From NCBI GenBank assembly GCA_963695875.1, contig CAVOID010000004.1, positions 224,001 to 288,000 on the forward strand: a stretch of 64,000 nt of DNA. Reading direction: 5' to 3'. Below are positions 30,906 to 39,892 of this stretch, in pieces. Each line of letters starts with the position of its first letter. Within the stretch, counting starts at the first letter, position 1. The position numbers and the translations under genes are program-made. Below the pieces are notes generated by a model. That model was not told where the DNA came from. It made no database searches and saw only the letters and a program-made list of their open reading frames with translations. The stretch is from an uncultured delta proteobacterium. GTDB taxonomy: Bacteria; Desulfobacterota; Syntrophia; Syntrophales; UBA2185.

Positions 30906-32240
30906 TTATAACTTTCTTATCAACTCCTGTGCTGTAATGTGAATGGGGTCCCATGCAGGGCCGACAGGGGGCGCGTAGGCAAAGTCCAGGTAAGCGATTT
31001 CATCAAGACCCATACCTGTCCAGAGGGCACAGGAGAGGGTATTTATCCTGCTGACTGCACCCATCGTTCCGACGGCCTGGGCGCCCAGGAGTTTCCCAGT
31101 CGCTCGGTCGGCCACCAGCTTTATTCCCAGTCTCTTCTCACCCGGCATGGATCGGGCGAAGGCATTCCCCCAAATAATGGTGCTGACAGGATGATATCCG
31201 CAACTAAGAGCTTCCGACTCGTCGAGCCCGGTTGCAGCAACCTCAAGAGTGAACAACTTGAAAGACTGGGCGCCGACTACACCCGGAAAGATCATAGAAC
31301 CACCCCCGATATTGTGACCGGCGACGCGGCCTTGTTTGTTAGCAACATCACCGAGGGGGATATGAACCCAGCTCTGGCTGACACGATGATAAACTTCGCA
31401 GCAATCACCTACTGCGTATATTCCTTCTTTCGATGTGTGCTGGGAAAAATCAACCTGTATGGCTCCGGTCTTCCCGATTTGCAGACCCAGATCATGGGCT
31501 AGCTTTACATTCGGTCTTATCCCGACAGCTATCAGGATCATATCGGCCTCCATATCCCCCTTGTCAGTATTCAGGCGGAGACGGTAGTCTTTTCCCCTTT
31601 CAATAGCCTCCATGCGCATATTGCCGTAAAAAGTTATGTTCTGGCGGTTAAGCTCTTCCTGTATCACTTTTGAAAATTCAGGGTCCCATCTGGCAGCGGG
31701 ACGAGGAAGAAGGTCAATAACCTGTGTGTCAATACTCAGAGTTCTCAGCGCCTCACTCATCTCCATCCCGATGAAACCGGCTCCCACGATAATGGCCTTC
31801 CGGCACGTCTTATTTTTGATAAAGGCCTTGATCTGTATCGCATCGGTCAAGTTTTTCAGGGTAAAGACCCCTTCTAGTTCTGCACCGGGAATCTTTGGAA
31901 TAAATGCTGATGCTCCCGTTCCCAGTACCAGGATGTCATAAGGAACAGTTGTCCCATCGGATAACCGGACACTTCTCTTATCAACATCAACGCTGCCCGC
32001 AACGGTGTTTAATCTTACTTCGATCCCCGTTTCCCTGAACTTCTCCGGTGTCCTTGCGATGAGACGCTTTTCATCCTTGATTACATCACCGATGTAATAG
32101 GGTGTCGGTCAGGCTGCAGCCGATATATATTGACTGCCTTCGACAATGGTAATAGAAAGGGATGGATCAATCCGCTTTGCTTCAGCAGCGACCGAAGCGC
32201 CTCCCGCACCGCCGCCAATAATCACGACGTTCTTGCTCAT
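30906..32240 (-). CDS. CoA-disulfide reductase / NADH oxidase family flavoprotein, selenocysteine-containing (444 aa)
   Basis: True start ATG 32240 (MSKNVVIIGGGAGG); in-frame UGA at 32111-32109 in YISAAA-U-PTPYY, matching the family motif S(F/Y)xxCGLPY; the frame continues into ORF 30906..31850 (GAGFIG, AVGD, YAPP). Confidence 0.88.
32080..32098 (-). promoter_or_regulatory. SECIS-like hairpin of the Sec flavoprotein
   Basis: ATTACATC-GGT-GATGTAAT perfect stem 10 nt after the UGA. Confidence 0.75.
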
Positions 32241-32300
32241 GGCATGGCCTTTCCCTTAAGGACACTTTAACCGTTATTCTTTATTTTTCTCCCATCTTGT

Positions 32301-32331
32301 TGCAAAAAAGAATTCGAGGATGCAAAGGTTC
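32301..32331. repeat. Partial copy of the 8-bp-unit repeat (copy 2)
   Basis: TGCAAAAAAGAATTCGAGGATGCAAAGGTTC. Confidence 0.45.
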
Positions 32332-32423
32332 CCGTATCTGACAGCTCACAGATTGCAGCGCAGTACCTGAACATTTCACACCAATCCATAAAGTACCGGC
32401 AGCTTTTCCGGATGAACCTCATT

Positions 32424-33275
32424 TTACGTCGCCCTTGATGTCGCCTTTTTCTTTTGCTCCCATTTAAACATATAAACACCTGCGCCTGCAATGATCATCA
32501 ATATACAGAGCAGTTGTCCCATGCTGATGATTCCCCATATCAAGCCCAGTTGCATATCCGGCTCCCGGTAAAACTCAATAATGAAGCGAACAAGTCCGTA
32601 ACCGATGATATACAGGGCAAAGAGAAAGCCGTCAAAAGAGCCTTTTTTCCTGATACTCCAGAGGATTATGAAAAGGACGAGTCCCTCGAAAAGGGCCTCG
32701 TAAAGCTGCGAAGGATGGCGGAGCTGGTGTGAATAATCAAGGGGGAAATACATACCCCACGGCATACTGGTGACCCGGCCGTAAAGCTCACCGTTAATGA
32801 AATTGCCGATTCTTCCGAAGGTGTATCCGAGTGGAATGGCAGGACAGATGAGATCGGCAAAGCGCCAGAAGTCTATCTGATGTTTACGGCAAAATATAAT
32901 TGATGATATAAGGATGCCAATAGCTCCTCCATGGTAAGACATACCACTGATACCGACATATCGCATACCATGAGCAAAATCAAACGGGAGGATAATCTCA
33001 AGGGGAAATTTCAAGTAATAGTCAAAATTGTAGAAAAGGACGTAACCTAATCTTGCCCCAAAGATGAGCCCGATGATGGCCCACATAAAGAAATCCTGAA
33101 TGATGTCTGTTGAATAATTATATTTTTCGCGTTTTATCCGGTATGAAACAAGGATATAGGTCAGCAGGAAGGCGATAATATACATAAGACTGTAATAGCG
33201 TATCTGAAAGGAACCGATCTCAAAGATATTCGGACTGATATGTTCAGGAAGATATTGCCAGCTAATAGGATTCAC
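32424..33275 (-). CDS. lgt: Prolipoprotein diacylglyceryl transferase
   Basis: GARLGYVLFY, GMSYHGG, GRIGNFINGELYGR, HPSQLYE. Confidence 0.97.
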   Translation of the reverse strand: MNPISWQYLPEHISPNIFEIGSFQIRYYSLMYIIAFLLTYILVSYRIKREKYNYSTDIIQDFFMWAIIGLIFGARLGYVLFYNFDYYLKFPLEIILPFDFAHGMRYVGISGMSYHGGAIGILISSIIFCRKHQIDFWRFADLICPAIPLGYTFGRIGNFINGELYGRVTSMPWGMYFPLDYSHQLRHPSQLYEALFEGLVLFIILWSIRKKGSFDGFLFALYIIGYGLVRFIIEFYREPDMQLGLIWGIISMGQLLCILMIIAGAGVYMFKWEQKKKATSRAT

Positions 33276-34230
33276 CTTTCAACTCCTCGACATAAAGCTG
33301 GGCGGAGAATGCTGCCGTTGCCCCATCTCCGCACGCAGTAATGACCTGGCGAAGGCTTTTTCTTATGCAGTCGCCGCCGGCAAATATTCCTTTTGCCGAA
33401 GTCTTCATATTCTCATCTACAATTATATATCCCCCGTTATCAATATCTACGATACCACGGACCATATCTGTCTTTGGAATCAGGCCCGTGAATATAAATA
33501 CCCCTGCGGCGGATATCTCCGTAGTAACATCGGTGGATTTGACATCTCTAATCTTCACCTTTTCAACAAAATCCCCTCCTGATATTCCATCAACCACAGA
33601 ATTCCAGGCAAATTCAATTTTGCTGTTTGCAAAGGCCCTTTTCTGAAGGTTTTTTGTTGCCCGCAGACGGTCACGGCGATGAACAATGGTCACCTTTCTG
33701 GCGAAATTGGTTAGAAAGATTGCTTCCTGGACAGCAGCGTCGCCACCGCCGACAACGACAACATCTCTGTTCTTAAAGAGTGGACCGTCACAGGTTGCGC
33801 AGTATGAAACCCCTTTTCCTACAAAAACATCTTCGCCTGGAACGCCCAGTTTACGCCAGTACGCCCCTGTTGCTATAATTACAGCCAGCGCCTCATAAGG
33901 CCTGTCTTCTGCTTCGACTTTCCAGGCTTCGGTATCACCCCAGTTCTTTTTTGTAATAGAAATTACGTCCTTTGATGTCACTTCCAGTCCGAATTGACCC
34001 GCCTGCTTTTTAAACCGCTCGATAAGTTCGAATCCACTGATACCTTCGGGTATGCCCGGATAATTCTCAATAAAGTCCGTAACAGTAATTTGGCTTATTG
34101 AGGAAGCGCCTTCAAAGAGCAAAGTTCTTTGGCCGGCCCTCGCGGCATATAAACCTGCCGTCAGTCCTGCAGGTCCTCCACCAATAATTGCGATATCATA
34201 GACATGATCCGGAATATTCACTTTTCCCAC
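33262..34230 (-). CDS. trxB: Thioredoxin reductase
   Basis: GGGPAG, ENYPG, GVSYCATCDG, GGGDAA, HRRD. Confidence 0.96.
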   Translation of the reverse strand: MGKVNIPDHVYDIAIIGGGPAGLTAGLYAARAGQRTLLFEGASSISQITVTDFIENYPGIPEGISGFELIERFKKQAGQFGLEVTSKDVISITKKNWGDTEAWKVEAEDRPYEALAVIIATGAYWRKLGVPGEDVFVGKGVSYCATCDGPLFKNRDVVVVGGGDAAVQEAIFLTNFARKVTIVHRRDRLRATKNLQKRAFANSKIEFAWNSVVDGISGGDFVEKVKIRDVKSTDVTTEISAAGVFIFTGLIPKTDMVRGIVDIDNGGYIIVDENMKTSAKGIFAGGDCIRKSLRQVITACGDGATAAFSAQLYVEELKGESY

Positions 34231-34271
34231 AGGTTACTCCACAGTGCTTATTAAATGAGGGTCTTCTTCGC

Positions 34272-34345
34272 TGCAAAAAAGATTCGAGGGTTCAAGTGGT
34301 TATATCATGTCTTTGAATCCTATACCACCTGGCCGCTTGAATCTT
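34272..34345. repeat. 8-bp-unit intergenic palindrome (copy 3)
   Basis: TGCAAAAAAGATTCGAGGGTTCAAGTGG ... TTTGAATCC ... CTTGAATC. Confidence 0.6.
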
Positions 34346-34377
34346 GGATATGATAGCAAGTTTCTCTGAGATAATCC

Positions 34378-34809
34378 TTATTTTTTATTCTTAACAATAT
34401 AATTTCTCAATGCCCGCTGAAAAATAAGAGCTGCAAATAGAACACAATGGATATGATCTGCGGGCAGACTTCCTAAATGTTCCAGAATTGAACTTTGATT
34501 TATCTTAAAACATTCCGGGATTGTTTTTCCCTCAGACATCTCCGCTGCTGCATTACATGCGGCAATAGTAAACATACAGCCTTTGCCTATGAATTTTGCC
34601 TCATCAACTTTTCCATGTCTTACCCGAAGAAACATCTCCACTTCTTTACCACACTCATCTGACTCTTTCGCATACCCATCAGGATTATCAATGATGCCAT
34701 AGTTCTTAGGATTCGTTCCATAATCGACGACTCTTTCCGAATAGATCTCCTCAGCCTTCTTACGCAAGATGGCTTCCATTTCTTTTATTATTTTGCTGTC
34801 ATCCTCCAT
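34378..34809 (-). CDS. NifU/IscU N-terminal-like Fe-S scaffold protein
   Basis: NPKNYG, ECG, GC..TIA, LGSLP..HIHC. Confidence 0.8.
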   Translation of the reverse strand: MEDDSKIIKEMEAILRKKAEEIYSERVVDYGTNPKNYGIIDNPDGYAKESDECGKEVEMFLRVRHGKVDEAKFIGKGCMFTIAACNAAAEMSEGKTIPECFKINQSSILEHLGSLPADHIHCVLFAALIFQRALRNYIVKNKK

Positions 34810-34926
34810 TAATCTGATACATCCTTTCTAAACCTGTTTTCGCTTTTTTCTTTAAACGGTTTCGCCGTATATTACAATGATAAATTTGATAATCTTACGT
34901 ATGATCGATATTAGTTTGGACAAGGA

Positions 34927-35131
34927 TGATGCATTTGTAAAAAAGCAGTGAAAAAATCAAATATAGAATGACTTTGCAAAACGTCAGTCGCGAAGCATGT
35001 CCTTCGGCAGGCTAGGATAGACTCACTGGGGGAGTGAGGCATGCATGGGCGTACACCTCATAAGTACCCTGCGCTTGTGGAGGGAGGGGGTGAAACACGG
35101 CTAATCATTTTAAATCTTTACGAATCCGTCA
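34927..35131. mobile_element. Degenerate MITE-like intergenic element
   Basis: Imperfect inverted termini TGACTTTGCAAAA / TTTACGAATCCGTCA with internal GGAGTGAGGC...GTAC; resembles, from memory, repeats common in Desulfobacterota genomes. Confidence 0.4.
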
Positions 35132-35157
35132 CACGTATCAGAGAATATTTAGGAGGA

Positions 35158-35249
35158 AATCAGAAAATAGTTGACATGTCTTTTTTGAAATGGTAATTAC
35201 TCCTTCGAATAAGTGTAGTCCACCATTATTGACAATACAATTGCCAATA
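35158..35249 (+). promoter_or_regulatory. Sigma-70 promoter and downstream operator-like palindrome for CoA-transferase operon 2
   Basis: TTGACA(35171)-17 nt-TAATTA; inverted repeat TATTGACAAT-ACA-ATTGCCAATA at 35227-35249. Confidence 0.45.
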
Positions 35250-35520
35250 TCCCTAATGCACGATCTAATCAAGTTACGAACTTAATTATGATGATGTTGC
35301 AATCAAAATTCAAAAAGAAGAAAATCCCCATAAATATTTATAATTTTTTCATAAAGATAAATTTGCTCTCAATGGGAGGTGACAGTTACGTAAATTGTGG
35401 TCGTCGTTTCCGATAGGAAATACATCATAGAAATATCTCGTTCAGAAAAGTAGTACAAAGCACGACTTATGGACTTATTAGGATTGAAGCCAGGGACAAT
35501 CTCAAAAGGAGACAGAAGTA

Positions 35521-36585
35521 ATGTTAGGTAAGGTAAGTTCAAAAATCAAGTCCATTTCCAAGCTGAAATACGATGAAAAACCGTTTGAACACTGGGGTCT
35601 GACCTCCAACGAGGTAAGAAAAATAACGGAAAAGAAAGACCATGGCCTAACTGATAAGAGAATGACCCTCAAGGAAGCGGTAGCCAGATATGTCAAAGAC
35701 GGCATAAACCTGGGGGTCGGCGGTTTTGTAAACACGAGGATACCCGCTGCGATTATTCATGAAATCATCAGAAAAGGTGTTAAGAACCTTACCCTCTCTT
35801 TCCAGTCCAACTCTATCTGCCTTGAATGGCTCGCCGGAGCCATGATTGTCGCTCCAGAAAAAATATCCATAAAACGCGTTGAGTTAGCATGGTGGGGTTA
35901 TGAACTCATCGGAATAGCACCCCTCTGGAGATACCTTGTTACGAATGGAATCGTGGAAACCGATGATTATACCAATTATGGCATGTCGGTGCGGTTCAAA
36001 GCCGGCGCCATGGGTATACCCTTCATCCCTGTGAGAGATCATGGCGGATCAGATATGGAACTGGTAAACAGGGGTAAGATGATAGAATGTCCTTTTACGG
36101 GGCAGAATATTTATCTCCTCCCCGCCTGTAACCCCGATGTCGGTATCATACATACTACTGCAGCAGATATGTATGGGAATGCGAGGATCTTCGGGGCCCT
36201 TTGTACATGTCCGGAGATTGCGCAAGCGTCTGCATACACCATCATGACGACCGACAAGGTCATTCCCACTGAAACAATTAGAAGATATCCCAATCTAACG
36301 GAAATCCCCTATGTATGTGTGGACGCGGTTGTCGAGCAGCCCTTCGGCTGTTACCCGGGTGCATGCTATGGCTACTACTGGTTTGATATGGATCATATCA
36401 GGATGTACAGAGGAATCTGTGATGAGTTCAGGAAAACGGGAAACAAAGACGGTCTGAAGAGGTATTTCAATGACTTTATCTTTGGCTGTGAAACATTTGA
36501 CGATTTTTTGGAGAAAACAGCTGGTTACAAGAAACTTCGATACTTGAGGGAAATGGATGGCGGTCAGCCCATTTATACCCTGTAA
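35521..36585 (+). CDS. Family I (glutaconate-type) CoA-transferase alpha subunit, second paralog
   Basis: DKRMTLKEAV, GGF..TRIP.AIIHEIIR, PDVGIIH..AD.YGN, PFGCYPG. Confidence 0.9.
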   Translation: MLGKVSSKIKSISKLKYDEKPFEHWGLTSNEVRKITEKKDHGLTDKRMTLKEAVARYVKDGINLGVGGFVNTRIPAAIIHEIIRKGVKNLTLSFQSNSICLEWLAGAMIVAPEKISIKRVELAWWGYELIGIAPLWRYLVTNGIVETDDYTNYGMSVRFKAGAMGIPFIPVRDHGGSDMELVNRGKMIECPFTGQNIYLLPACNPDVGIIHTTAADMYGNARIFGALCTCPEIAQASAYTIMTTDKVIPTETIRRYPNLTEIPYVCVDAVVEQPFGCYPGACYGYYWFDMDHIRMYRGICDEFRKTGNKDGLKRYFNDFIFGCETFDDFLEKTAGYKKLRYLREMDGGQPIYTL

Positions 36586-36617
36586 TGAGCCGCTATATTT
36601 AGAAGGAGGTAAATAAT

Positions 36618-37403
36618 TTGCCGGAATATAGTGCCTTTGAGATGATTGCTTTTACTGGATCAAGACAGCTGGAAGATAAAAAGATCGTCTTTGTGGGAAC
36701 GGGCCTGCCCATCATTGCCGCCATGCATGCACAGCTTACCCATGCCCCCAATCTTTATATGATTTATGAAGCAGGTTCCCTGGCTCCCATCCTGGAGATC
36801 GGGATGCCCCTCTCTGTAGGTGATACCAGGGCGGGCCGTAAAGCGTGTTACCTGAAAGGACTATGCGCAGTTTTCGAACTGGCGCAGAGAGGATATGCCG
36901 ACTATGCCTTCATCGGAGGCGCTCAGATCGATATGTACGGCAATATCAGTTCCACCATCGAAGGAAATTACTACAACAAGCCCGACATCCGTTTCCCAGG
37001 GAGCGGCGGCGCTGGAGCTATGGCGGCAAACTGCGGCAAGACCATTGCCATTATGGCCCTGGAGAAAAGAAGATTCTGTAAACAAGTAGACTTCATCACA
37101 AGTATAGGTTACGGAGACGGCTCTCCTGACTACAGAGAAAAAGCGGGCGTCATGGGTTCCGGTCCTTACAGAGTCATCACCCAGCAGGCCCTGTTCGGCT
37201 TTGACGAGAAGACCAGGAGGATGAAGCTTCTGGAAGTCAAACCTGGATTTACACCGCAGCAGATCCAGGATATGGTTGAGTTTGAATTAATCATTCCTAA
37301 AAATGTGCTGGAAATGGCAGAACCGACGGAAGAAGATCTGCATCTGCTCCGGGATGTCGTTGACAAAGAGGGTTACTTCTTGAAGAGGGTTGTCAAGAAA
37401 TAA
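36618..37403 (+). CDS. Family I CoA-transferase beta subunit, second paralog
   Basis: VFVGTGLP, catalytic Glu in IYEAG, GGAQIDMYGN, PGSGGA; TTG start after AAGGAGG. Confidence 0.92.
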   Translation: MPEYSAFEMIAFTGSRQLEDKKIVFVGTGLPIIAAMHAQLTHAPNLYMIYEAGSLAPILEIGMPLSVGDTRAGRKACYLKGLCAVFELAQRGYADYAFIGGAQIDMYGNISSTIEGNYYNKPDIRFPGSGGAGAMAANCGKTIAIMALEKRRFCKQVDFITSIGYGDGSPDYREKAGVMGSGPYRVITQQALFGFDEKTRRMKLLEVKPGFTPQQIQDMVEFELIIPKNVLEMAEPTEEDLHLLRDVVDKEGYFLKRVVKK

Positions 37404-37480
37404 TTTTATAGAACAAATCCTAAAGAAAGGAGGTTAGGAGAAGTCATTTAAGAGGTATTATTTTATACACGGTTAACGGA

Positions 37481-37531
37481 GTCATTGCGAAACGGTGTGT
37501 TAAACTGGAAATATCATGTCGCTCGCAATGA
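37481..37531. repeat. REP-like inverted repeat
   Basis: TCATTGCGA ... TCGCAATGA. Confidence 0.4.
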
Positions 37532-37606
37532 TAATAGTTTGAAAATCATTATTATTTAGAACGGTTTTTTACTAATGTTTTATTTGTTGAAAGGAGGGTT
37601 TAAATA

Positions 37607-38871
37607 ATGGCGGAAGAAGTAAAAGCTACTCAGCCAAGATGGGTTCCCCTTTTATTGGGATTATTGAGTAGTACCACGTGCGGTGCTGCTTTTATATGCG
37701 TGGAGTGTGTTCATCAAACCGTTGAATGCGGAATTCGGGTGGACCCGTGCGGAGATCGCCATGGCCTTCGCGATCTGCTGTCTGATCTTCGGGTTGATGA
37801 CGTTTCCCGCAGGTCGTATCAGCGACAAGATCGGTCCAAGGCAAGTGGTTATGGCGGGCGGTATCATTTTCGGTATCGGATTTGTTCTGTCCGGGTTTAT
37901 TCAGTCAAAGATGCAGCTTTATATTACATACGGTCTTATTGCCGGTTTTGGAGGCGGGATTATCTACCTGCCGCCGATTGCCACGGCGCCGAAATGGTGG
38001 CCTGACAGACGGGCCCTGGCGACGGGTTTTGCCGTGGTGGGTCTGGGTCTCGGTTCGTTCCTCATGGGGCCCTTGGCAACATACATTATTCAGGCCCCAG
38101 GGATGGGCTGGCGCTACGTTTTCTGGTACTGCGGCGTCGCCATGGGTCTTATGGCGCTTGTTTCCGGTGCATTGCTGAAGGTCCCCCCGACAGGGCTGGA
38201 AGCCGGCCGGCTGGACTCCGCCAGCGCCTCCCGCGGGTGCGGGTGCTCCGAAGGTAACCCGTGACTATACACATGAGGAAACCACCAAGTGCCCCAAGTT
38301 CTGGCTTCTGTATCTGGCCTATTTCTGCGGTTCCTTTGCCGGTTTGATGGTCATCGGTCACCTTGCCGGTTTTGGAAGGGATCAGGGTCTGACGGCCATG
38401 GCGGCTGCCGGCGCGGTGAGTTCTCTCGCCTTTACCAATGCGGCGACCCGTGTTCTTTCGGGCTGGTTTGTGGATACGATCGGCATCAGGGTTTATTTTG
38501 CCGTGACGTTTCTGCCCTGCAGACGGCGGCGATGGTCTTCATTTTCCAGCTCGGCGGCAGCGTTTACGGGTTGGCGGCGATTGCCATGCTCATCGGCTGG
38601 AACTACGGCGCCATGTTTACGCTGTTCCCGGCCACGTGTCTCCAGTTCTATGGTCCCGACGGCGCAGGGGAGCAACTACGGCCTTCTGTTTACGGCGTGG
38701 GGTCTTGCGGGCTTTGCCGGGCCATGGATCGGCGGCTATCTGAAGGATATGACGGGAACGTACTATGTGCCGTTCCTTATCGCAGCGGCTCTGTGCGCCC
38801 TTGGAACTATAATTCTTTTCACGACGAAAGCGCCTGAGAAGAAAAGCTCAGATTTGCCGTCAACTCCGTAA
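37607..38871 (+). CDS. MFS monocarboxylate transporter (OFA/SLC16 family, SfMCT-like); frameshifts near 37685, 38194, 38512 and 38655
   Basis: Reconstructed [28 protein letters not shown]...[12 protein letters not shown]...GHLAGFG...NAATR...GWNYGAMF...[10 protein letters not shown] closely follows the Syntrophobacter fumaroxidans L-lactate transporter as I recall it. Confidence 0.85.
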
Positions 38872-38903
38872 GGGTTTCCTTGTCAATTTAGGTAATAAAA
38901 ATT

Positions 38904-38940
38904 AAGGCGCCCTGGGAAATTCCCGGGGCGCCTTTTTTTT
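38904..38940 (+). terminator. Rho-independent terminator
   Basis: AAGGCGCCCTGGGA-AAT-TCCCGGGGCGCCTT followed by a T run. Confidence 0.9.
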
Positions 38941-38941
38941 G

Positions 38942-39116
38942 GTAATCTGCCAGAATACCACGCTCTGTGAACGGGGATGAATGGCTCCGCAGTATTCGTA
39001 AATCTCAAAGGAGCGTTACCCCTTTGTAACCCGAAAGGAAAAGATCCTTCAGGGAGCCTGAGGGACGTTATCCCTCAGAGGCAGGTGAAGCCCCGCCCTG
39101 TGGGTGGGTAGCTACA
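38942..39116 (+). mobile_element. Non-autonomous IS200/IS605-derived miniature element (left end plus right end, no ORF)
   Basis: Left-end-like GTAATCTGCCAGAATACCACGCTCTGTGAACGGGGATGAATGGC; right-end-like GAAGCCCCGCCCTGTGGGTGGGTAGCTAC. Confidence 0.55.
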
Positions 39117-39215
39117 TGGTCTACATTATTTTATAAGATATTGACTAAAAGACCAATATAAAATCCCGAGCGTCTATCATTTTTGAAATTTTGGAGTTAC
39201 AAGCAATTAAAGGCA

Positions 39216-39821
39216 TCATCTCTTCCACAGGTATGAAACCAATAGCATGATAATACTCTTTGCCAATGGTAATGCCCGTATTGCCCATCCTCTTTGCTTA
39301 TATTCATGCCGAAGTTTCTCATAGGCTTGCCTGAGATGTTTGCGATCACGGGTCCTTTTATAACCGTAAACTCCTCGTAAATAGGTTGCTTCCGGCGCCG
39401 TGTAACTTTTAGGATGCTCAGAGATAATAACATCCAGTTTTTGGATGGCCTGATCAAATTGATCGAGGTCAAAATATGTTTTCGCAATACCAAATAGTAA
39501 TAAAGGGATCATCTCTTCGGCAGGTATAAAGCCAACAGCCCGATAATGCTCTTTACCGCTGGCGTCGAGCAATATAAGAGTAGGGGCTCCTTGCACATTG
39601 AAATCCGTGGATAACGGTATTGCGTCAGAGAGTATACGTAAGGGAATGATATTTTGTGTAATGAATTCTGTTACATTTTTATCAGGATACGTAACTGCAT
39701 CCATCTTCTCACAATGAATTCACTCAGGATTAAAGAAATTAAGGAGAATCGACTTTTTCTCATTCTGAGCCATTGATAACGCAACGTCAATGTCTGTCTC
39801 CCATTTTATCGTACTTCCCAT
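39216..39821 (-). CDS. UxxC thioredoxin-fold selenoprotein with C-terminal TPR-like region (201 aa)
   Basis: Start ATG 39821 after RBS GAGGGG; IKWETD...ILLNFFNPE-U-IHCEKMDAVTYP with the UGA at 39722-39720 in frame with ORF 39216..39704; hairpin GGATGC-AGTTAC-GTATCC 17 nt after the UGA. Confidence 0.85.
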
Positions 39822-39892
39822 GATACATCCCCTCGTTGTTTAGGGTGAAAATCTATTTTATTAATTATACCACATTACAAAATGAACAGCAA

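Noticed and set aside
34378..34809. Possible Sec in the NifU-like protein or in TrxB
   Set aside because: All relevant positions are ordinary Cys codons with no in-frame UGA
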